From Pseudomonadota bacterium (GTDB lineage Bacteria; Pseudomonadota; Gammaproteobacteria; JAKAQQ01): a stretch of DNA of 64,000 nucleotides. Under the pieces are notes generated by a model that was not told where the DNA came from, made no database searches, and saw only the letters and a program-made list of their open reading frames with translations. The translations under genes were made by a program, and so were the position numbers. The stretch is taken from NCBI GenBank assembly GCA_021810635.1, contig JAJZIH010000003.1, positions 56,301-120,300 on the forward strand, given 5' to 3'. This document shows, in pieces, positions 20,476 to 28,633 of the stretch. Numbering within the stretch: the first letter of the stretch is position 1; every line of letters starts with the position of its first letter.

Positions 20476-20498
20476 ACCTTGTGAGAGGTGAGAGGTGA

Positions 20499-20532
20499 GG
20501 GGGTGGGAGCGAAAGTTCACGCCCCTTTTTTT
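20499..20532 (+). terminator. Intrinsic terminator on + strand
   Basis: GGGGGTGGGAGC-GAAA-GTTCACGCCCC followed by T7. Confidence 0.75.
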
Positions 20533-20855
20533 CAGTGACACACCAACGCCGTATCCCTGACCAGCGGCCTGACCTTCGGCCGGGCCTGCCTGCTCACCGT
20601 CCACAGGTCATGCTGCGCCTGCATGCTCATCCAGAGCTCAGGCTCGGTAGCGAAGACCGCCGCCAGCCGTACCGCCATGTCCGGGGTGACGGACGCGCGC
20701 CTGTTCACCAGGGCGGAGACGTGCTTGCGCGTGACGCCCAGAGCGTCGGCGGCCTGCGTGATGGTGACGCCTAGGGGCTTGAGATATAGCTCGCGCAGCA
20801 CCTCGCCCGGATGCGCCGGGTTGTGCATGCGGATGGTCTTAGTGATAGTCGCCAT
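20532..20855 (-). CDS. higA: HigA family antitoxin (XRE HTH)
   Basis: MHNPAHPGEVLRELYLKPLGVTIT.AA..LGV...VTPDMAVRL...PELWMSMQAQHDL. Confidence 0.95.
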   Translation of the reverse strand: MATITKTIRMHNPAHPGEVLRELYLKPLGVTITQAADALGVTRKHVSALVNRRASVTPDMAVRLAAVFATEPELWMSMQAQHDLWTVSRQARPKVRPLVRDTALVCH

Positions 20856-21123
20856 AATCCACCTCGTAGGCGTGGCCTTCCTTGAAGCGGAAGATCACGC
20901 GGCAATTTTCATCCACGTCCACGGCCCAGCGGCCTTCCAGCTTGCCCTTCAAGGGGTGCAGCCGCAGACCCGGTGAATCCATCTGCCGCGCATGAGTCGC
21001 GGCATTCAGCAGGGTCAGGATCAGCCGCAACCGCACGGCGTGCTTGGCCTGAACCTTGCGGACATTAACATTACCCGTGCGGAACAGCATTTCCAGACCT
21101 CTATGCCGGAAACTCTTGATCAT
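20839..21123 (-). CDS. higB: HigB toxin (RelE family, proteic killer type)
   Basis: MIKSFRHRGLE...PGLRLHPLKG...WAVDV..N.RVIFRF....AYEVDYGDYH; start ATG 21123. Confidence 0.94.
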   Translation of the reverse strand: MIKSFRHRGLEMLFRTGNVNVRKVQAKHAVRLRLILTLLNAATHARQMDSPGLRLHPLKGKLEGRWAVDVDENCRVIFRFKEGHAYEVDYGDYH

Positions 21124-21132
21124 GTAGCCAAG

Positions 21133-21161
21133 AGTGTAACCTATAAGGTTACATATGGCAA
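21133..21161 (-). promoter_or_regulatory. higBA sigma70 promoter with overlapping palindromic operator
   Basis: TTGCCA-N17-TACACT on - strand; palindrome TGTAACCT-ATA-AGGTTACA at 21135-21153. Confidence 0.8.
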
Positions 21162-21329
21162 CCCGTCCAACGTCGCTGAGAGACTGCGCCGCGAGCCCCG
21201 ACCAGCGCCCCGCCTGCCCCGACGACGACGGCGAGCACAAGGGACGCCACCACCACCCAGCCGCGTGCCATCCGGCCGGCCACAGCCGCGCTGGCCTCGT
21301 CTCGGGCGGCCTGCGCGAGCAGCGAGCGC

Positions 21330-21430
21330 CACTCCTTGAATACCTGGAGGGATTTTATAATCCGCATCGGTTAGACTCTTCGATCGGTTCTCTCTCGCCG
21401 GTTAACTTTGAATGGAGGTACGCCCTCCTC
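21330..21430 (+). pseudogene. IS3-family transposase C-terminal remnant
   Basis: LLEYLEGFYNPHRLDSSIGSLSPVNFEWRY matches the YIE.FYN..R.HS.LGY.SP..FE tail. Confidence 0.7.
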
Positions 21431-21439
21431 AAAACTGGA

Positions 21440-22756
21440 CTAGAGCGTGTCCGCGACCGTTTCGCCTTCCCGCCAGTCAACCCGGTGCAGGAAATAGGCC
21501 CCCACCACAAACAGCACCACGATGCTGCCGATCGCCACCCGCGCATTGCCGCTCCAGCGTTCCGTCAGCGCCATGAGCAGCGGCCCGAGAATCGCCGAGA
21601 ACTTCCCGACCGTGCCATAAAAGCCGAAAAACTCTGCCGATTTTTCCCTGGGGATCAGTCGGGCATAAAGAGACCGGGACAGCGCCTGGGTGCCCCCCTG
21701 CACCAGTCCGATGACCCCGGCCAAGGCGTAAAACTCGAGCACATTGGTCATGAAAACCGCCGCCACGGTCACCAGCACATAAATCCCGATGCCCCAGGAA
21801 AGCGCCCGTAGCGCGGAGGTGTGCCGGGCGATCCAGGTAAATCCGAACGTCGCGGGGAAAGCCACCGCCTGGGTCAGGAGGATCGCGACGATGAGGCTGG
21901 ATGACGGGAATCCCAGGCTCAATCCATAGCTCACTGCCATCCGGATGATGGTATTGATACCATCGATGTAACACCAATAGGCCAGAAGAAAAACCGAAAC
22001 CTGCCGTAGCCTCCGGACCTCCCGGAACGTGGCCCGGAACTGGTTCCAGCCGCCCCGCGCCACGGTCCCCCAACCGGCCCGGATCCGCCCCGGGGACCGG
22101 CGGTCGAACAAAATGGGCAGGGTAAAAAGGGCCCACCACAGGGCCACGTCCGCAAAGACGAACCGCAGGGCCGCCAAGCGGCTGGTCAACCCCAGGATCG
22201 CCGGATGGGCCACCACGAAAATATTTCCGGCAAACAGCAGACCGCCGCCGAGATAGCCGGCGGCATATCCGGCGCACGAGACCTGATCCATCTCCTGCGG
22301 GCGGCAGCGATGCGGGAGAAGTGAGTTGTAAAAGGCATTGCCCCCGGAATAGCCGACCAGGGCGAGCGAGAAAATCGTGAGTGCAACCAGCCACTGGCCA
22401 CGGCCCACGAAGTCGAGGGACGCCGTGGCCAAAACGCCCAGTCCAGCGCACACGGCCAACCCCCACGTGCGGGCATCGGCCCGATCGGCCAGTGCGCCAA
22501 GGAGGGGGGCCGCAAGCGCGACCACGCCAGCGGCGAGACTGGTCGCGATTCCGAGCCGGGACAGGGCCTGTCCAGGGGTTCCCGTGTTCCAGAAATGGGT
22601 CAGGAGGACCGGGAAGAAGGCCACCATGATGGTGGTCGCGAAGGCGGACTCCGCCCAGTCATAGAGGACCCAGTGCCGGACGGGCGCCAGTCCGAAAAGG
22701 ACGCGCAGGGGGCGGATCCCTGGCGGGACGTTCCCCCCGTCCCCGTTCCGGCTCAT
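21440..22756 (-). CDS. MFS transporter, UMF1/Atg22-like
   Basis: W.LYDWA.SAF, APLLGA.AD, FYNSLLP, QGGTQALSRS, SAEFFGFY...GKFSAILGP. Confidence 0.9.
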   Translation of the reverse strand: MSRNGDGGNVPPGIRPLRVLFGLAPVRHWVLYDWAESAFATTIMVAFFPVLLTHFWNTGTPGQALSRLGIATSLAAGVVALAAPLLGALADRADARTWGLAVCAGLGVLATASLDFVGRGQWLVALTIFSLALVGYSGGNAFYNSLLPHRCRPQEMDQVSCAGYAAGYLGGGLLFAGNIFVVAHPAILGLTSRLAALRFVFADVALWWALFTLPILFDRRSPGRIRAGWGTVARGGWNQFRATFREVRRLRQVSVFLLAYWCYIDGINTIIRMAVSYGLSLGFPSSSLIVAILLTQAVAFPATFGFTWIARHTSALRALSWGIGIYVLVTVAAVFMTNVLEFYALAGVIGLVQGGTQALSRSLYARLIPREKSAEFFGFYGTVGKFSAILGPLLMALTERWSGNARVAIGSIVVLFVVGAYFLHRVDWREGETVADTL

Positions 22757-24366
22757 GCGCTGATCCGCTCCCGCGTCGCCACCAAGCGGATGCCGGGATG
22801 TCGCTCCTCGGTCAAATCCAGATGAACGCGGTTCGGCGCGAGGTAGACCAGGCCCTCCAGATGGTCATAGGCGAGGTGGGGGGCCAGCTGGCTTTTGAAA
22901 GCGGACAGGTCCCCGCCCTCTCCCTCGACCCAGCGTGCCGTCACGATCGGCAGCGATTCGAAACGGCAGCGGATCTGGTATTCGTCCTCGAGGCGGGCCG
23001 CCACCACATCGAACTGCAAGGGTCCGATGGCACCCACCACCCACCCCTGACCCTCGAGGGGGCGGAAAAACTGGGCGGCACCCTCCTCCGCCAGTTCTCC
23101 CAGGCCGCGGGCCAGGGTTTTGGACCTCAACGGATCCTCGAGCACGATCCGGCGGAACCATTCTGGGGCGAAATCCGGCACCCCGGCAAAAGCCAGCCGT
23201 TCCCCTTCGGTAAAGACATCGCCGATGTGGATCGTGCCGTGGTTGGGCAGGCCGAGGATGTCGCCGGCGACCGCCTCTTCGGACTGGCTGCGTTCATTGG
23301 CGAAAAAAGTCCGTGCATCGGAAATCTTGAAATCCCGGCCAGTCCGGACCTGGAACCAGCGCATGCCGGGCTGATAGCGACCCGAACACAGCCGGACAAA
23401 CGCCATGCGGTCGTGGTGCTGGGGATCCAGGTTCGCCTGGATCTTGAACACGAAACCCGTGAGCGCGGGCTCCTCCGGACGGACCCGGCGCCCGCTCGCC
23501 GACTGGGGGCGCGGGGCCGGGGCAAAGTCGCAGAAGGCATCGAGAAGCTGCCGCACGCCGAATCCGCTCAGCGCCGAACCGAAGAAGACCGGGGTCACGA
23601 GCCCTTCCCGGTAGTCGGCTACCTCCCAGACCGGGACCATGGCCCGGACCAGTTCCATCTCCTCCCGGAAGATCCGAGACCCGGAACCGAGAAAAGCGTG
23701 GCCCTCTGGGCTGTCCGGGCCTGCGATCTGCCGCTCGACCCCGGCCCGTTCCGGGCTCTCCGCCTCATAAACCGAGAACCGGTCGCCGGAGAGGTCATAG
23801 AGACCGCGAAACTCCCGGCCGTACCCCACCGGCCAGGTCCGCGGGACAGGCACAAGCCCCAGCTTGCGCTCAATGTCATCCAAAAGGGCCAGCGGCTCCA
23901 GGCTGTCCCGGTCGAGCTTATTGATGAAGGTGATGATGGGTGTCTGCCGACGGCGCGCGACCTCCATCAGCTTGAGCGTCCGTTCCTCCACGCCCTTCGC
24001 GGCATCGATCACCATGAGCGCGGAGTCGACCGCACTCAGGGTCCGGTAGGTGTCTTCGGAGAAGTCCTCATGACCGGGGGTATCCAGCAGGTTGAACAGG
24101 CAGTCCCGGTACGGAAACTGCATCACCGAGGTCGTCACCGAAATCCCGCGTTCCCGTTCGAGCCGCATCCAGTCCGAATGGGTATGGCGCCGCACCCGCC
24201 GGCCCTTGACCTGACCAGCCAGCTGGATCGCCCCCCCGAGGAGGAGCAGCTTTTCGGTGAGTGTGGTCTTGCCGGCATCCGGATGGGAGATGATGGCAAA
24301 GGTCCGGCGGATGGAGATCTGTCGTTCCAGCTCGTTCAAGGGATCGGTCCGGTGGAGGCGTCCCAT
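22753..24366 (-). CDS. prfC: Peptide chain release factor 3
   Basis: RRTFAIISHPDAGKTTLTEKLL, ERERGISVTTSV, DTPGHEDFSEDTYRTL. Confidence 0.98.
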   Translation of the reverse strand: MGRLHRTDPLNELERQISIRRTFAIISHPDAGKTTLTEKLLLLGGAIQLAGQVKGRRVRRHTHSDWMRLERERGISVTTSVMQFPYRDCLFNLLDTPGHEDFSEDTYRTLSAVDSALMVIDAAKGVEERTLKLMEVARRRQTPIITFINKLDRDSLEPLALLDDIERKLGLVPVPRTWPVGYGREFRGLYDLSGDRFSVYEAESPERAGVERQIAGPDSPEGHAFLGSGSRIFREEMELVRAMVPVWEVADYREGLVTPVFFGSALSGFGVRQLLDAFCDFAPAPRPQSASGRRVRPEEPALTGFVFKIQANLDPQHHDRMAFVRLCSGRYQPGMRWFQVRTGRDFKISDARTFFANERSQSEEAVAGDILGLPNHGTIHIGDVFTEGERLAFAGVPDFAPEWFRRIVLEDPLRSKTLARGLGELAEEGAAQFFRPLEGQGWVVGAIGPLQFDVVAARLEDEYQIRCRFESLPIVTARWVEGEGGDLSAFKSQLAPHLAYDHLEGLVYLAPNRVHLDLTEERHPGIRLVATRERISA

Positions 24367-24682
24367 TCTAAGGGCTCCACCGAAGCCCGTCTCACGGGCG
24401 TCGCGAATTCCGGTCCCGTCGGGACTTGGGATCTGCGCAGTCCACAGGCCGGGTTGACGATTCCAACGCGGGGCCGGCGAGGCGGCACTCCGGCCGGCCC
24501 GGTTGGGGGCGTCCCCCGAAGCGCCCCCTTGGATCAGGGGGAAACCGCAAGATCCGCGGGGTCCGCCACTCCCCTGACGGCCAGAGGAACCGGTTCCCTA
24601 TGGCCGGTTGAGGGTCGGTTTGGGAGGGGGTATGATTCCCCTGTTTCCTTAAAAATAACCTTGTCATCTTGGGGAGCCCACC

Positions 24683-26197
24683 ACGTTAACGGAAAGAAAG
24701 TTCCGTTTTTCGTTTGTTCTGCGCTGTGTGTGGCCGGTTTTCGGTATGGGGGTTCTCTTGGCCGTCCAGACCCCGGTACAGGCGGCCCCCTCTGCCTACG
24801 TGGCCAATAGTAGCAGCAACGCGGTGTCGGTGATCGATACGGCGAGCAATGCGGTGACGGCTACGATCCCGGTCGGGAATTCCGCCTATGGGGTTGCGGT
24901 AAGTCCCGACGGCAGCCGCGTGTATGTGGCCAACGCGTGTGGCAGCAGCAGCTGTACCAACGGCACGGTATCGGTGATCGATACGGCGAGCGATGTGGTG
25001 ACGGCTACGATCCCGGTCGGGAATTCCCCCGGCGGGATTGCGGTGAGTCCCGACGGCAGCCGCGTGTATGTGGCCAATTTTTTCAGCGGCACGGTGTCGG
25101 TGATCGATACGGCGAGCGATGTGGTGACGGCTACGATCCCGGTCGGGAGCCAACCCGTCGGGGTTGCGGTAAGTCCCGACGGTAGCCGCGTGTATGTGGC
25201 CAACGAGTGTGCCAGCAGCAGCAACTGTACCAACGGCACGGTGTCGGTGATCGATACGGCAACCGGTCAGGTGACGGATACGATCCCGGTCGGGAATTCC
25301 CCCTTAGGGGTTGCGGCGAGTCCCGACGGTAGCCGCGTGTATGTGGCCAACGAGTGTGTCAGCGGCAGCAGCTGCACCAACGGCATGGTGTCGGTGATCG
25401 ATACGACGACCGATCAGGTGACGGATACGATCCCGGTTGGGAATTCCCCCGGCGGGATTGCGGTGAGTCCCGACGGCAGCCGTGTATATGTGGCCAACGC
25501 GTGTGCCAGCTGTACCGGCACGGTGTCGGTGATCAATACAGCGAGCGGTCTGGTGACAGCTTCGATCCCGGTCGGGAGCGAACCCGTCGGGGTTGCGGTG
25601 AGTCCCGACGGCAGCCGTGTGTATGTGACCAACGCGTGTGGCAGCAGCAGCAGCTGTACCAACGGCACGGTATCGGTGATCGATACGGCAACCGGTCAGG
25701 TGACGGATACGATCACGGTCGGGAGTTCCCGCACCTCGCCGGGCGGCGCCTTTGTGGGTCCGGGCGCGCTCATCGCAACCAACAACAGCGGGAGCGGGCC
25801 GGAAGGCGAACAGATCGGCGGGACGGTTCCCGTCCTGACGAACTCGACCGGCTGCGCGACGTCGGATACTGTCATTCAGGATCCCACCCATGGCACTCTT
25901 GTTTTCGATTCTGGGACGGGGGCCTATACCTACACGCCGGCCTCGGCGACCTATGTGGGCCCCGACGCCTTCACCTGGAACGGGACGGCTTTGGGTACCT
26001 GCGCGGCGGCGAACAATCCGACAGCTCCGGTGAGTAACGTGGCCACGGTCACGTTCACGCTGACGGCGACGCCCCCGGTGGCTCCTCCGGTGGCGAGTGG
26101 CGGTGGCGGGGCCTTGGGGCTGGACTCGCTTGGGGTGCTCGGGGCGGGACTCCTTTTCCGCCGGAGCCGACGGAAGAAGCGGTTGAGCCCCGCGTAA
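24683..26197 (+). CDS. Exported YVTN/YncE beta-propeller repeat protein with Ig-like domain and GlyGly-CTERM tail
   Basis: Repeats of V.VSPDGSRVYV.N...GTVSVIDTA...V..TIPVG; P.HGTL...GAYTYTP...GPDAFT; C-terminus GGGGALG-hydrophobic-RRSRRKKR. Start is either ACG 24683 or GTG 24728. Confidence 0.88.
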   Translation, partial: TLTERKFRFSFVLRCVWPVFGMGVLLAVQTPVQAAPSAYVANSSSNAVSVIDTASNAVTATIPVGNSAYGVAVSPDGSRVYVANACGSSSCTNGTVSVIDTASDVVTATIPVGNSPGGIAVSPDGSRVYVANFFSGTVSVIDTASDVVTATIPVGSQPVGVAVSPDGSRVYVANECASSSNCTNGTVSVIDTATGQVTDTIPVGNSPLGVAASPDGSRVYVANECVSGSSCTNGMVSVIDTTTDQVTDTIPVGNSPGGIAVSPDGSRVYVANACASCTGTVSVINTASGLVTASIPVGSEPVGVAVSPDGSRVYVTNACGSSSSCTNGTVSVIDTATGQVTDTITVGSSRTSPGGAFVGPGALIATNNSGSGPEGEQIGGTVPVLTNSTGCATSDTVIQDPTHGTLVFDSGTGAYTYTPASATYVGPDAFTWNGTALGTCAAANNPTAPVSNVATVTFTLTATPPVAPPVASGGGGALGLDSLGVLGAGLLFRRSRRKKRLSPA

Positions 26198-26643
26198 CTC
26201 CTACTCCTGGCAGGGCCCGGCAGCCGGATTTCCAGACAATCCCGCCCCGATGCCGTGAACCCACATGAAAAAGCAAGGGTTTGGAATATCCCCCGGTTAT
26301 CATCGCTGGATTTCAGCCGGGTGCATGCTGGCGAGCCCAGCACCACCCAGGCGATGAAACCGATACTTGCTTCGTGGCGCGGTCACGCGCCAGGGAGCGG
26401 AGGCACTTGACGCGCAGCGAATCGCGCGGAGGGAGGGCCGAAATCACAGGCCTCCTCGAGCTCTGGGGAAAAGCCGGGGTTCTCCTCTTTGCCGTGGAGC
26501 GGCGATAGCCCACGGTCTTCTGATGCAACGTGCCCAACCACCCATTGCACAAAACAGGCGATTCTCTAGCCAGCGTGGTTACCGGTGTCTCCAACCCTAT
26601 TGCAAATAGCCAAAAAATCCAGATTCCCGGACTCGGGACAGGA

Positions 26644-27114
26644 TCAGAACAGATCCAGGCGGAACACCCAGGCATCCTCCCGGACTCCGGGTAGGTCGGC
26701 CGGGTAATAGCCCGGCCGTTCGCCGATGAGCGTGAACCCGCAACTCCGATAGAGCGACAGCGCCCGGGTATTCGATACCCTGACCTCGAGAAACAGGGCT
26801 TGGGCCCCACACTGGGCCGACCAGTCGATGAGATAGTCGAGGAGCGCACGACCGAATCCCCGGCCCTGATGGGGTGGAGAAACACAGAGATTCAGCAGAT
26901 GGGCTTCCTCGACCGCGACGGCCACGATCCCGTAACCCACGATCTCCCGCCCCTCTCTCAGGACCCATCCGTCATACCCCACACTCAGGCAATCACGGAA
27001 GATTTGCTCGGTCCAACATTGGCGGTAAGCCTCCCGCTCGATCTCGAGGATCTCCGGAAGATCCCGTGCCTTCATCCGGTGGAAAGAACGGGAGGGGGGA
27101 ATCGCGAGGGCCAT
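26644..27114 (-). CDS. rimI: Ribosomal protein S18-alanine N-acetyltransferase
   Basis: EAHLLNLCV, QGRGFGR.LL, LFLEVRVSN, R.GYYP, REDA. Confidence 0.93.
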   Translation of the reverse strand: MALAIPPSRSFHRMKARDLPEILEIEREAYRQCWTEQIFRDCLSVGYDGWVLREGREIVGYGIVAVAVEEAHLLNLCVSPPHQGRGFGRALLDYLIDWSAQCGAQALFLEVRVSNTRALSLYRSCGFTLIGERPGYYPADLPGVREDAWVFRLDLF

Positions 27115-27123
27115 CTCCTCCCC

Positions 27124-27843
27124 CTAGCATCCGGCCCGTTCCAGAGCCAGGCAAAGATCACGCCACGTTTCCCGCTTGGCCACGGGATTGCGGAGAAGGT
27201 ACGCCGGATGGTAGGTCACAATGAGCGGCAACCCATCTCCAAGCGAATGAACCGTGCCACGCAGGCGGGACAGGGGCTGGTCGGTCGCGAGCAGGCTCTG
27301 GGCGGCGATCCGCCCCAGCGCAACCAGGATCCGTGGGGCCACCAGGGCGATCTGCCGGTCCAAAAACGGCCGGCAAGAGGCAATTTCGACGGGATCGGGA
27401 TCCCGATTCCTCGGCGGACGGCACTTGAGCACGTTGGCGATGTAAACCTTCCTCCGCTCAAGACCCATGGCCTCGATCATGGACGTCAGCAACTGGCCGG
27501 CGCGGCCGACGAACGGTTGGCCCTCCCGATCCTCGTCAGCACCCGGGGCTTCCCCGACAAACATCCAGTCCGCCTGCCGAAGCCCCGCGCCGAAAACCGT
27601 CTGCTGGCGGGTACGGCACAGACCGCAGGATTCGCAGCCCGCCACCCGCCGCGCCAGCTCTTCCCAGCCGAGGGTCGGGACCGCGGGCGGGCCATGGGCG
27701 GCCTCGGCATTCTCCGGCGCGGAGCCCGGGCCCGGTCCGGAGTGCCGACTGTCACCACTCATGGGCACAACCGTCGAACGCCGCCGCTCCCAGCGCGAAA
27801 TGCCGAGAAAATCCAGACAGTCGACACCGGTTTCGTCCGTCAT
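27124..27843 (-). CDS. Uracil-DNA glycosylase family 4 (4Fe-4S)
   Basis: [47 protein letters not shown]. Confidence 0.95.
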   Translation of the reverse strand: MTDETGVDCLDFLGISRWERRRSTVVPMSGDSRHSGPGPGSAPENAEAAHGPPAVPTLGWEELARRVAGCESCGLCRTRQQTVFGAGLRQADWMFVGEAPGADEDREGQPFVGRAGQLLTSMIEAMGLERRKVYIANVLKCRPPRNRDPDPVEIASCRPFLDRQIALVAPRILVALGRIAAQSLLATDQPLSRLRGTVHSLGDGLPLIVTYHPAYLLRNPVAKRETWRDLCLALERAGC

Positions 27844-28631
27844 GGGATCGGCCGGTTCCGGCGGCGACGGAACCAACGCCGCCACAGGCCGATCAGCGGC
27901 CCGGACAGGACATAGCAAAACAAAAACGCAAAGAGCATTTTGGGCGGGCTGATGGCGATCACGATCAGGACGAGCGGGATCGCGATGGCCCACCGGAAGC
28001 GGACGTGCTCCGACAGGCTGAAATCCTTGAAGCTGTAGAAGGGAATGGGGCTCACCATGAGCACCCCGCATCCCAGCGTGACCAGTCCCGCTGGCAGCAT
28101 CGTCCAGTGTTCGGCCGACCAGGGCGACAACAGCCAGACCAGGCTGGCCATGAGTCCGGCCGCAGCCGGCGATGGCAGTCCCTGGAAGTAACGTTTGTCA
28201 AGCATCTGGGAGTGGACATTGAAACGGGCCAGCCGGAGGGCTGCCGCAGCGGTATAGAAGAACGCCGCAAGCCATCCCCAGCGAGCCAGATTACCTGGCT
28301 CATGGAGGAACGGGACGAAGGCCCAGCGGTACATCACGATCGCCGGCGCAAGACCGAAGGCCACCACGTCCGACAGGCTGTCATACTCCTTGCCGAACTC
28401 CGTGGCCGTATGCGTCCAGCGGGCGACGCGACCGTCGAGCCCGTCCATCACGGCGGCAAAAAAAATGGCCACGGCGGCATGGATGTAGTGGACGTTCAGA
28501 GCCGCGACGATCGCGTAGAAGCCGCCAAAGAGCGCGGCGGTCGTGAACAGGTTGGGCAGGAGATAAATCCGGCGTTTCCGCGGTCGGCCAGGTTCCCGGC
28601 CGGGAGAGGGCGGGAGAGCGGTCTCAACCAT
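27840..28631 (-). CDS. pssA: CDP-diacylglycerol--serine O-phosphatidyltransferase
   Basis: [46 protein letters not shown]. Confidence 0.95.
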   Translation of the reverse strand: MVETALPPSPGREPGRPRKRRIYLLPNLFTTAALFGGFYAIVAALNVHYIHAAVAIFFAAVMDGLDGRVARWTHTATEFGKEYDSLSDVVAFGLAPAIVMYRWAFVPFLHEPGNLARWGWLAAFFYTAAAALRLARFNVHSQMLDKRYFQGLPSPAAAGLMASLVWLLSPWSAEHWTMLPAGLVTLGCGVLMVSPIPFYSFKDFSLSEHVRFRWAIAIPLVLIVIAISPPKMLFAFLFCYVLSGPLIGLWRRWFRRRRNRPIP

Positions 28632-28633
28632 AC

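Noticed and set aside
20385..20540. CRISPR array
   Set aside because: Only one repeat-like unit; no copies at about 60-nt period on either side
24790..25730. Long direct repeats as a CRISPR array or DGR template/variable repeat
   Set aside because: Repeats are in-frame protein blades, differences are not adenine-specific, and no reverse transcriptase is in the window
26200..26640. Intergenic ORFs between the propeller gene and rimI
   Set aside because: No recognisable motif, repeat or structure
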